Below are positions 22,425 to 33,892 of a DNA stretch of 40,678 nucleotides, piece by piece (positions within the stretch are counted from its first letter, which is position 1; the number at the start of each line of letters is the position of its first letter). This DNA is from Catajapyx aquilonaris. Lineage: Eukaryota. Position numbers and translations under genes: made by a program. Location: positions 1 to 40,678 of the forward strand of contig JYFJ02003508.1 in the NCBI GenBank assembly GCA_000934665.2, read 5' to 3'. The notes under the pieces are model-generated. The model had not been told where the DNA came from. It made no database searches and saw only the letters and a list, made by a program, of their open reading frames with translations.

Positions 22425-23524
22425 CATACTCCAGTAGATGATTATATGGCAACATGTTCAGAAAGACTTGATAATATTGCGTTGCGGAAACTCCTTTTGT
22501 CCATTGTGGTTCGCATACTTTCTTTTATAGCACGAATTATTGCTTATTACTGCTCTATAACGTTATCAGTACTTAAAGGGTTAATTAGAACATTTCGTTT
22601 GAGGAATAATTAGAATGTCGTTGTTTCGCATTACATCCAACAATAATTATTCGCACTCAGATATTTTGACCTTGAACTGTTAATATACAATGGTAGAGGT
22701 GAGAGATAACTGATGTAATTAGTGACGTCAAGTCATGCTTGAGAAGGTCAGCCAAACATATAGAGAGAAAAATGTCAAAGGTGCTTGGCTGTCACATCTG
22801 ACTAGAGGGCCTTGCCTGTTTGGCCTTTTTTTGGGATAGTTTCTGAACTTTTTGCAGTAATTTCGGAACTTTTTTCCGGGCCTATTATTTTTTTGGTTTA
22901 TTGAGAAATATTCTTTTTGTGATCTTGAAAGGACCAAAATCGTTCAGAAGTAATACAAATCAAATTTAATAAATAATAATTTATAAATTTTTATCTTATC
23001 ACGTAATTATGTCACATCTTGGCCGCCATTCTTCTATTGTCTCATCAGACACATGAATTTAAACATCACCGGAATCCAAATCGCTCCTGAACGATAGAAA
23101 GAGGAAATATTTGGAGAAAGGTAACATGGACGTGACAAGATAAGAACACTTCTGATATTTATTCCTTACAAAATTCGTGAAATTATTCCCATTGATGGGG
23201 CATCTGGTTCACAGGTTAATCATAAATTAACAAAAATAATATTGCTGAGAATTTCATACATTTAAGATCTGAGTGGTGCATTTATTATTCCAGATAGGCA
23301 TATACAAATTCTGAGATTTTTTTACATCAATAATACGCCTATGTGTTATTGTTGTCCACGAAGACAGTAGAGGTCGCTGCTCGCTGCATGACGACTGCAT
23401 ACTGATGTATAAAGCTGTTATGATTCATACCATTTTTAAGGTTGAATATTGCAGCAATATAAATGAGGCTTCCATAGAATGGAATTTAGTGGCCTCATAT
23501 TATCACTGGCATGTGCCTTTATTT

Positions 23525-25468
23525 TTAAGCAATATATTTTGCGCAGTTTTTGCATGTTATAACTTCTCCAATAAACAAAAGAATTCCACAGCACCAGCAA
23601 CATGTGACAATAAAACACATTACTCCTTTCAATTGGTCAAAATTCAAAGCCATTGAGCGCTGATACATCCTGTCAAGCTTCCTCGCTTCTCTGAGACCCA
23701 TCAGAAAACAAGTGTATTCCAAGTACTTGTCATATTTAGCCATCAGACCTGATTCAATGTAATAATATGACATTCTGTCAACAACTGGGCCCAACTTGCT
23801 GTGTTTGTCCAAAATGACTCCACATAATAGTAATATGCCAGCTTCTTTAGCGACGATCACTGGAATATTTCCGGCCTTGTCAATATATTGCGACCCCACT
23901 GCAAGCAATATGTCCGCTGAAGCTATGCAGGCAAAATTTTCATCAATTGATTTCCGAATACACATGTTGAAGTCGGGTAGATCGTTCATGTTTCTAGAAA
24001 TGGGTTTAAAGTATTCCAAATCATTATCGGAGAAGATATTCGCTAAATAAGGCTTAGCAACTTCGAATGTCCCCCATTCCCATTGTTTACGCCTATTGTT
24101 AAGCTCTTGAAACGAGTCCGGCAAATCCTCCTGCAGTGGAGATGCCAAGAAGCCGAAGTACAAGGCTTCGTATCCGATGATGATGACCAGGGAATAGATC
24201 CACCAGAAGGAGATGAAGAGTCTGGAGGGGTCACCTCGGGGGATGGTGTTGGGGTTTTCCTCGATCAGGGTGGAAAACAGGTATCTGGCCGAGTAGAGGA
24301 AGAGGGAATAGGACGGACCCTTGTCTGGAAAAGGGTTGCGGAAGGTGCTCTCTATTCTTAGCAGGGCGAAAAGGACAAAGCTGCCTGCCAAAGTGGCCAG
24401 GAATATCAAAACCCACATTTCAGGAGTGTAAGGCATCAAGACGGAATTCCACGAGTAACTAGGTCTGGATGTCCTTGTAGAAAAGGTCACCTGGACATAG
24501 TAGACAGGTAATAGTACACGCACAACAGAAGTAATCACGGTTAAGGGTATGAGGCCTATCTCCGCCCTTCTATGAATAATTATACCAGTTTGCCCCGTGT
24601 AATTACCGTCGGACTTCAAAATGTCAGGCATCTCCCCGTCATCGAATTCAGCTCCTTCCAATCTCCAATCAAAATTAAGTGCATCACTTGTCAAAAGGAT
24701 GAATATGAAGGTACCAAACATTGGTACTGAATTGTCTAACATGTATTGTAGCTCTTCCTTGAATATATCAAACGGCGATGTGCCGTTAATTACCTTTCCA
24801 TGAAGATTGGTGGAATAATCGGGGAACAATTCGGGCATAGCTTTACCCCTCGTATATTGACCAACGTGCACCACCTTGGGATTACCGTGATCGCAATAGT
24901 GACAGTTCGCCATCACCTTGAGCGAGCTGGAGTCCTGGTCGAACTGGATCCCGACCTGAAAGAGCATGAGTTGGGCGATGGGATGCATCAAGACTGTGTC
25001 CAGACCTCCGTCCCTGGGCCAGAAGAGGAACCTGTCCCTTCCGGTGTCCATGAGGTGAAGAGTGGCCGCGTGGACCACCAGAGGAGACAAGGTGTCCAGT
25101 GTCCCGAAGGCGAAGAGGAAGGTGGCGCAGGGGTCCAGTCTCCTGGCCTCCGGTCTGTGCAGCCAGGAGAACCAGTACTGTCCACTGGCGTCCACTGGTG
25201 TCCCGTCCCACCTCACCACCGCCACTTCCTCCGATCCATTGTTGATCAGCCGGTTAAACGAAGAGGGGAACACCAACCAGTCGCCGCACAACACCAGGAG
25301 ACACTCGGGTCTCGAACCACGGACATCTTGAACCAGGGAGGCCACCAGTTCCTCTTCCTCCGACCCCACCGTTGTAAAAGAAGTCTGAACGTGACCAGAA
25401 GTGAATGTTTCCCAAGAGTAAAGAGCAACAACTGTTAACCAAGCGGCTTCCATGATGAAACTGAACAT
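23525..25468 (-). CDS. Divergent ionotropic receptor IR-b, intronless, 647 aa
   Basis: Full-length paralog of IR-a with the same S1-M1-pore-M2-S2-M3 motifs. Confidence 0.9.
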   Translation of the reverse strand: MFSFIMEAAWLTVVALYSWETFTSGHVQTSFTTVGSEEEELVASLVQDVRGSRPECLLVLCGDWLVFPSSFNRLINNGSEEVAVVRWDGTPVDASGQYWFSWLHRPEARRLDPCATFLFAFGTLDTLSPLVVHAATLHLMDTGRDRFLFWPRDGGLDTVLMHPIAQLMLFQVGIQFDQDSSSLKVMANCHYCDHGNPKVVHVGQYTRGKAMPELFPDYSTNLHGKVINGTSPFDIFKEELQYMLDNSVPMFGTFIFILLTSDALNFDWRLEGAEFDDGEMPDILKSDGNYTGQTGIIIHRRAEIGLIPLTVITSVVRVLLPVYYVQVTFSTRTSRPSYSWNSVLMPYTPEMWVLIFLATLAGSFVLFALLRIESTFRNPFPDKGPSYSLFLYSARYLFSTLIEENPNTIPRGDPSRLFISFWWIYSLVIIIGYEALYFGFLASPLQEDLPDSFQELNNRRKQWEWGTFEVAKPYLANIFSDNDLEYFKPISRNMNDLPDFNMCIRKSIDENFACIASADILLAVGSQYIDKAGNIPVIVAKEAGILLLCGVILDKHSKLGPVVDRMSYYYIESGLMAKYDKYLEYTCFLMGLREARKLDRMYQRSMALNFDQLKGVMCFIVTCCWCCGILLFIGEVITCKNCAKYIA

Positions 25469-27358
25469 GTCTATTGATCTTCAAGAGTTTTTATATGACC
25501 GCTAAATTCAGATTTGACGATCACATTCTTCACAAATCTACTGCAACGTGGGATATGCAAAGAATTTCTTTCAAAATATCACACTAATGAGTCACAGTGA
25601 TACTTTTCTTTGTTTCAAGAATATCAACCTTTCTTTTGCACTGTAAATTATCCTGTTTTGCAAACTTTTTATGCGACAAAATATTAAATGAGGAGACCTA
25701 TAATTCTGTCAAATTGAACTGCACTTTTCTTTGACATAATTCTGAGATTCACTGTTATACTAGTCCATTTTATTTATCTGAGCGACTGAAAATTACATCC
25801 CTTCTCCCCAAAATCACATTATTTATGGACAATATTAACATATTTTCTGCTCGCATGTCTCCTATCATATACTTAATCATAATTATACCGAGTCAGAAGA
25901 AAGTCGTTTTATAACCACTTATTTCTTATTATGCCTGCCATTGGCGTACATCTCTCTCAGCCTGGAACGCCAGCTATTCCTCACTATTACCATTCCCTGA
26001 GAAGGCTCCTGTGATTAAACACAGCCAGATCATTCTTCTAGTAACCTAGATCAATGTAGATTTTATGTATATATTTAAGAAATATTTTAATACTTATTTT
26101 TAACATAGGTCAAATGTCATGAACTTTTGTTTCTCAAAAAGTGTATTTTTGATATTTTCCAAACCAAGTACAAATGCAGGTTATACTAATATCTAACGTA
26201 CGACAAAATTTTAAATCACCTTCTTTCTTAGGTTTCGAGAAAGAAAATCCCAACCATCACATTGTAACTCTATGCTACAGCATGACCTGCGGGTCATCGT
26301 CATCTCTCCGCCCAGACAAAGGCTAGGGCACTGTAAAGTGATACCCGCTGAAGAAATAAAAATTCTTTTGTTAAAAATAAGACCATGAGCACCACCTTAT
26401 TTCCCGATATTCTTATACCCGATATTCGGCTAGAAGGTGTGTTGCTTAGGTGTTCGTTGTCGCCATGAAAATACCTAAGGTATGTTTGGCTCATCTTTAG
26501 TCAATGACATAGAGAGAAAATTGTCACTAGAGGGAAGGAATTGCGGGATTTGAGTGATCAAGATGTATTGTTTTGTGAAAGTAAGATATTCCTCTGTAGT
26601 TGTTATGAGGAAGTGTATTGTTATTGACCGTGCGATTGATAATTTATTACCCATTGAGCATAAAATAGTTGTTAAATTACAGGCTAATAATTTTACAATT
26701 TGTTATTCTTGTGCGATTCGAGGTGATTGTTATGAAACTTGACCCCAGCAGACTCATGCTGCAAAAACAATCCAATTTCCAGACCAACTCGTGAAATCAA
26801 TAAGACAATCGATGGGTAATATCTCTGTGGCCGGTTGCATGTTGAAGAGCATGTCAAGAGCAAGTTTTTTCCCATTATAAGTTCACCACACTATTACTCC
26901 AACAGTGCAAATTACTCGAAACCATCCACGGTCACAGGTGTCATGTCACAAGGCATGTGGCCATTCACAGGTAATGAAGTTTAAGTGTCAACAATAATCT
27001 GGTCAACGTGAGCATTTTGAAAATAATAAAATATATAAATGTTTTCTTCCTCCGAATCATGCTGGAAGTATCGACTGCGCGTGCTATTTCCCATTAAATA
27101 TTTATTCTAATGTCGGTAAACACAGCTCCGTGTTTCTTGTCCACCCTCCTGTTTGACTGATACCATAACAGCTTGGAAAAGGACATCTTTATTTCTAGAA
27201 GGGAAAATGCGTCAGAATTTTCCATGTCACATTATCTACCAAGATATTTTCCTTTATTTACGAGTATTGTAGTCTACTTTGGAGTTAATCACAACAACGC
27301 AACACAATTGCTCAGAAGGATATAACAGGCATTAGGCAGAGTAACTTGTACTATTGGG

Positions 27359-27484
27359 TTCAAATACTTTTGGCCACTTTATCCTGGTCTTGAAGCAACC
27401 CTTCACACTCACACACCTCCTTAACATGGTGTCTGTGTGAAAGGTTGCTTCAAGAGAAGGATAAAGTGGCCAAAGGTATTTGAA
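27359..27484. repeat. ~125-bp hairpin/MITE, same family as 4673-4763
   Basis: TTCAAATACTTTTGGCCACTTTATCCTGGTCTTGAAGCAACC ... GGTTGCTTCAAGAGAAGGATAAAGTGGCCAAAGGTATTTGAA. Confidence 0.75.
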
Positions 27485-28379
27485 AACGTTATGAATTAGA
27501 AATGAGGAAATTTTGGTTCATTTGCATAATTATTCCTGCTATGACTCATTGATTACACAGTTCACTTCCTGATTCATTGCTTCTTCGAATTACGAGAACA
27601 AATAAACCAAGTGTGAACTACAATGCGTCTCGGCCGTGAACAAATTTTAGGTGTCGGTAATTACATCCTTTTAAATGATTGTTTTTTCACTTACAACACC
27701 CAGGTGCAAATAACGCATCATGCCCCACTAGACGTACCGGGAAAAAAACGTTGACATTCCGTACGATGGCTGGCGAAATCAATATGTCGATGCGTAATAA
27801 TACCAGTTGCATGTTGCAAATGTTAACAAAGGAGCTGTTTTGCATGTGACATTTCCAGTGACCCGAATGTGAAAAATGGCAATTCCAAGCCCGCCGCGTT
27901 GCTCTTCTTCCAACAATGCCAATTACCAAAAGTGAGTGTCACAGATGTCGTGTCACATGTCTCATTGTTATGATGATGTACATTGTTATGCTCCGCAGGT
28001 GTTTTCCACTATCCGAATGGGTCGATCCGAAGTAAACAAAGGGAGGCGAACAGTTTTCCCGCCAATTCGAGCGATAGTTGAAGGGTTGAGGTGCAGGTGG
28101 AAGCACCTGCAAGGGAAGGGAAGTTGGAATTGGCGCTGCGATGTGGCATGGACGGACACTAACTGCCAGTTCAACTAACTCTCAGCATCTTCCTCAAAGA
28201 ATATTATTATAATTATGTTAATTATGATTTTTATTACATATCCATTTCATAACAATCAACATTTTTATTTTAAAACACATATGAAATGGCACGGTACTAA
28301 TTTATCAGATATTTGCAAAATAAGCAATAAAATATGTCCGTATTCACCAAGGTATTCACCCTATTTTACGATAGGTTAT

Positions 28380-30091
28380 ATCCCACCAAAAACCTTTCTG
28401 TAAAAAAAGGCCAAGTTCTCCTGACTGCTTGGCCATCAAAAGTGGTGAGATCTGAAATACGGCCAAGTTCAACGTCGTTGTCAATTACTGGCATTCTCAA
28501 CTTCTTCAACCTAAACCACTAACTTTGTTTTTCCAGGTCGGCCTTAAGTTTAATCATAAAAAAAAAAAATTTAATGGAATTTCTCTTGCTGTCACTTGGC
28601 CATTGCTCTTAAAACATTGAAACAGTTGTAGAATTCAACAATACCTCGGACATGAGCAATGGCCAAGTTACAGCAAGAGAAATTCCATTAAAATTTTTTG
28701 ATGATTAAACTTAAGGTAGACCTGGAAAAACAAAGTTAGTGGTTTAGGTTGAAGAAGATGAGAATGCCAGTAATTGACAACGACGTTGAACTTGGCCGTA
28801 TTTCAGATCTCACCACTTTTGACGGCCAAGCAGTCAGGAGAACCTGGCCTTTTTTTACAGAAAGGTTTTTGGTGGGATCTCACCTCTTTTTGTAGGCAGG
28901 ACGAGTGTAGGATAATGATAAGAAAGCTCGGGGAGCCCCCTACGGTTGGGCGTGGAAGCAATGGTCCGTTAAATATTCCAAATAAGGTAATGAATAACGT
29001 AGAGCAAAACGTGTAGGTTATATACGAAAGTATGTAAAACTCTATCTTTTCCTCTGAATAGGTATGATTTTCTTCTGCTTTCTCATATTACGCTTCCTTT
29101 TTTCCGTTCTGGTTGTGCGAATTGGAGATCTGCTACACTCCTGATCGCATAGCCCATTCCACTTCTGTCGATGCCTTATTAGCCCTTTTGAGTATGGATA
29201 AGTCTGGTCGGTAAATAGCTCTCAATCTATCGTACTCCAGAATAGCTGACTCTTGAGCCTTGATGTTAGTAAAGGAGGCATTGATGAGATGCACTCCATT
29301 ATTTTGTATTTTAGGTATTTAGGTATTTGTAGTTGTATTTGTATGAAATATTTGTATTTGTATGAAATGCAATCGCAGCTTCAGTCAGATAGCTAGCGGC
29401 GGTGACGTAGCCTGGAATCCAGTTCGGGGGGGGGGGGGGGGGAGGTCTGCCGCAGGCGAAATTTTTTCGGGTTGAAGGTCACACGAGCTTAGGTGAATAT
29501 GGGAGATTTGAATGGGTGTGTATTAGATGAAATTGGTAGCACTTTTTCTCCCCAAAAAATCATGAANNNNNNGGAAGGGGGGCGGGGCTGGCTACGTCGC
29601 TGGCTAGCCTGCGGTATGTAGGAGGGGGGGAAGGGAGGGGTGAGGAGATGAGAACGTGGGGAGGGCAGGAGGCAGACTTCGTGAAAATAATTTTTTTGAG
29701 CATTTAGACTCAAAAAAGTGTCGTTTTCAGATTTATTCTGGTGTTTGTTTGACAAGCTCTACCAGCATACCACAGCATCCTAGGACCACTGGAAGTTCCG
29801 TATAATTTTGATGATCAGTGAGTGAGTCAGTGAGTGTCATATTTTGGCCGTTTTGGGAGTTTTTAGGATTTTTTAAGTCGGAAATGAAAAGAGATATAAA
29901 CATGGAAGTAAGGGGGTATTATTTTTAACCAATTATTATTTACCCAAATAAAATTCTTGAAGCCACCTATGTTAACCAGTGCGAAGATTCGAGGGGGGTG
30001 AAAAGGATGTGAGTTTTGTCGGGTAAAGGTGGTCCGGCAGTGCGCGTGCGGCGAGAACTTGGCGGGGGCACGACTGCCGTGCCCCCTAATT
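28380..30091 (-). mobile_element. Internally deleted Helitron2/Helentron-like element, copy 1
   Basis: Colinear with 37904-39985: palindrome 28380-28878, helicase C-terminal remnant ~29040-29300 (NGVHLINASFTNIKAQESAILEYDRLR), short GTGA repeat, and GAGAACTTGGC followed by the GGGGGCAC..GTGCCCCC stem-loop. Contains a 7-N gap. Confidence 0.8.
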
Positions 30092-30430
30092 GAGAGAGGT
30101 TAAAGTATGTTAAAAGTGTCCTTCACAATCAAATCTCCAGCGCAATTCTTTGCAAGAATTAAAATTTACAACATTTGTCAGTAAAATATCGCCATTTTTG
30201 TAATCTACATTATGACTTTCATAACAGGAAAAAGTAAAAGCTACACACAGTTCATCAATTACTGGAGAATACTCTTGAGATGCTGTCATAAAGATAGCTG
30301 CAGGTTTCTACGTGGCACTTACACATGACCCCAAGATCTTTGCACTGTGGGTAATTCGAGACTTTCTTCTGGAATGTCGTGTGCGAAAATGGTTCTCGAA
30401 ATAAAATAACTCTGCATTTGTGTACTTTAT

Positions 30431-30548
30431 CCTCCTGAGACCCCTAGTACACCTTTCAATCACCTTTGTTTTTTTTACGCGTTTGAGTTAGTCAGAAGAT
30501 GCTGGAAAAAACAAAGGTACAGTATACTGTACCAGGGATCTCAGGAGG
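30431..30548. mobile_element. Possible piggyBac-type MITE
   Basis: CCTCCTGAGA...TCTCAGGAGG inverted ends flanked by TTAT and TTAA. Confidence 0.45.
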
Positions 30549-30567
30549 TTAAAGTCTATTTGTCTAT

Positions 30568-30667
30568 TTTATAGGTACAAAAGGGAAGGGCTACATGAGG
30601 GTCTAACATGGCCGCCGGCGACCATCTTGGGTGCCCCAATGTAGTTCTTCCCTTTTGTACCTATAAA
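30568..30667. repeat. 100-bp hairpin/MITE
   Basis: 21-bp perfect inverted repeat TTTATAGGTACAAAAGGGAAG / CTTCCCTTTTGTACCTATAAA, with further imperfect internal pairing. Confidence 0.75.
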
Positions 30668-30799
30668 GTTCATCGTAGTCCGGTAGGGTCGCCAAATAAT
30701 AGCTCCGTGAAAGTTCTCATGGCGCTTTCAGGTGAGCACCTCATGCAAAACGCCCTGGCAGACGATAAGGGGTAGTGTCCAGACCTTACTATTCAAAGA

Positions 30800-30960
30800 C
30801 CATGGTCTTGCCACACTCCAAAACATTTTCTCATTGTTGCGGACATTTTTGGCGTCTCTTTCGTCGTGATTAGTCTCCTTTGCTGGACTCACTATCAAGG
30901 ACGTGCAGAAATCGCTGATGCCAATATTTGTGCTTCCAAAAGTCTGCTTGTTTATGAAAT
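30800..30960 (-). pseudogene. GR relic (5' end of a GR-2-like gene)
   Basis: Aligns with 17564-17723 (SPAKETNHDERDAKNVRNNEKMFWSVARP); the ATG is mutated to AAG, there are small indels, and it is truncated. Confidence 0.85.
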
Positions 30961-31957
30961 CCGAGTTTCTTTGACACAGGGGCAAAGGAAAGTCATTCAG
31001 GCTAAATCCATTAATATGAAAATGGTATAGGAATTCTGTGATTAATGTCTTATTTCTAAATATGCAATAAAAAGGGACACTCCACTCAAAATACAAGTTG
31101 GCCTCTAAAAATCAGGCGAAATATCCTGATTCCGGTGATACCCTCTGTTTTTTCTTTCTTCGTCCGGTGCTGACAGAAGCTGCTGGTTGGAACCTGGATG
31201 AAAAATTCAGAGGCCAATGGTGAAGCTGCCGTGAGTGGTAAGTATTAGACCTTCACTAATAGGGCCTCTTACTTTGGACAATGTGAGTAACTCACATTTG
31301 CGTAAGGACCAGGTAAACGTGTCTGAAATGTTAAATTTAAACATGTTCGTTTGTGGGTAAATTAATTCCGGTGAACAAACTTCGGGTCAAAAGACATGCT
31401 TATGTTATAAGTTATAACTCATCAAAATCATGAAAGTGAAAAAAACTATCCTGAATGCAAGTAATTGCTTAAACAATAATTATGTCCTTGGCGATTGCTC
31501 ATCTACAAGTAAAATTAATTTTACACATGATACATTATTACAAACAATAAGTGAAGTCATATCACAAGATCACAACCGTCCTCCTTCAGCTTTAATTAAC
31601 ACCAATATTAGCCTACATCATACAATCATGCAAATATAGTAATAAATAATAATGATGAACTTTATTGATGGATTGATTGATGGAGGCATGACATTAACCA
31701 AAATGTACAGTATGGCCTTAATTATTTTTCATTCGACATGTAATATAGCAACAATGGACAGTAAAATTGGTGACGCCTCTTCCGGCGGGATAAAGATGGT
31801 GTTCAATAATGGGCACTATTGTTCAGAAACCACTTTATTGCAGGAAACAATAAATAGCAGAAAAGGAAAGACATTAGCAATGCCGATAGATTTTAAACAA
31901 CGTCAGTCAACCTCAACACTAAATAATTCACAGGTGCACTTAATACAATTGACTCTC

Positions 31958-33213
31958 CTTCCCACACAGGCCTTCTGCAAATAGAACTATCAGACCAAAT
32001 CACAAGCTGAAAATAGAACTATCATACCAAATCACAAGCTGCAAATAGAACTATCAGACCAAATCACAAGCTGCCAATGATGAGAAAATAGATCACCCCT
32101 CTCAATTGTTCAAATTTCAAGGACATCGACTTCACAAACAATCGATCCTTGGCTCTGGCTTCTCTTATTCCAATAACCAGACAAGTGTCGAATAAATACC
32201 TGTCATACTTAGCCATAAGCCCGGCATCCACGTAATATACACCCATTCGTTTCATTATTGGCACAAGCAAACTGTGCTTGTCCAAAATGATAGTTGCTAA
32301 TGCAAGAATTCCGTCTTCATTTGGTACGAAAACGGGTATTCTTCCAGCCTTATCTGCAAATTGGGCCCCTATGGCCAACAATATGTCAGCAGTCGTAATA
32401 CACGCGTAATTGGTCTCAATTGATTTACCAACACAGGTGTTGAAATCTCTTTCGTCTATCATGCGGGCAACAATGGGTTTGAAATATTCCAAATTATTAT
32501 TAATAAATATACTGGCGTAGTAAGGTTTAGCTGCTCCCCAAATCCCCCATTCCCATGTATGGCTCCTCTCGTTCAGTTCTTGAAATGTCTTTGGCAAATC
32601 CTCCTGCAATGGAGATGCTAAAAATGCAAAATATCTGGCTTCGTATCCACATATTAAAACTAATGAACAAATCCACCAGAAAGAAATGAACACTCTGGTA
32701 TTCACTTACTTGAACAACTTTGGGATTGCCGTGATCGCAATAGTGACAGTTCGCCATCACCTTGAGCGAGCTGGAGTCCTGGTCGAACTGGATCCCGACC
32801 TGAAAGAGCATGAGTTGGGCGATGGGATGCATCAAGACTGTGTCCAGACCTCCGTCCCTGGGCCAGAAGAGGAACCTGTCCCTTCCGGTGTCCATGAGGT
32901 GAAGAGTGGCCGCGTGGACCACCAGAGGAGACAAGGTGTCCAGTGTCCCGAAGGCGAAGAGGAAGGTGGCGCAGGGGTCCAGTCTCCTGGCCTCCGGTCT
33001 GTGCAGCCAGGAGAACCAGTACTGTCCACTGGCGTCCACTGGTGTCCCGTCCCACCTCACCACCGCCACTTCCTCCGATCCATTGATGATTAGCTCTTCC
33101 TCTTCCGACCACACAGATGTCAAAGAGGTCTGAACATGACCCGCTGTGAATGCTGCCAGGGAACAAAGAGCAACAACTGCGAACCTCGTCGCTTCCATGT
33201 TGCAATGGAACAA
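31958..33213 (-). pseudogene. IR-c pseudogene, duplicate of IR-a
   Basis: In-frame N-terminal deletion of ~33 codons; ~640-bp frameshifting deletion near 32697 removing S1, M1 and pore; premature TGA at 32064 in M3. Flanks are homologous to those of IR-a. Confidence 0.9.
31978..32073. repeat. Three tandem 32-bp copies within the IR-c M3 coding region
   Basis: CAAATAGAACTATCAGACCAAATCACAAGCTG x3 (minor variants); single copy in IR-a. Confidence 0.9.
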
Positions 33214-33892
33214 GTCTATCGATCTTCAATAGTTTTTATATGACCGCTAAATCCCAATTTGGCAATCACTTTCTTCACAAGTCAACTGCAACACGGGAAG
33301 AATTATTTTGATGCTCTCATACCCCTTCGTGCATCACATGGACTCTCATCTGTCGCCAGTGAATTCTCGCTAATCCGCCGATAATTCCATAATTTCGCGA
33401 ACTTTTCTCCGTCAAAATATTAAATGAGGAGACCTGTAATACTGGCAAATTGAACAACAATTATCTTTGACATACCTGCGAGGGGCACCGTTATACGAGT
33501 CCCCTTTATTTACGTGAGGGACAGAAAATTGCATCTCGACTCCGCAAAAACCCATAAATCTTTGATTGTGTTTGATACATTTTGTACTTCCCTGTCTCGT
33601 ATCCTATACTTATGTGTCAGAGGCATGTCATTGTATGACATTTATCTCTTATTATACTTGACGTTGACATTTAGTTGTTTTAGCATGATATAGGTCAGTA
33701 CTCTGTCACCGTGAAGGTCAACGTACCACTTGCTGAGAAATAAGTTGGGATTTGACCTCGCTGTATTTATTACAAGGCGACCAACTGAAATAAATAAAGC
33801 CATTAAGTAAGTAAGTAAGCATAACATACTTGCACAAAGTGCCATCATGTACTCCTTTATTAGCGACATAATTATTACATCGCATAGTGGTG

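Noticed and set aside
27936..28178. 80-aa ORF also present at 37628-37903
   Set aside because: GTG start, conservation explained by the duplication, and the diverged third copy near 9708 keeps DNA motifs but not the peptide.
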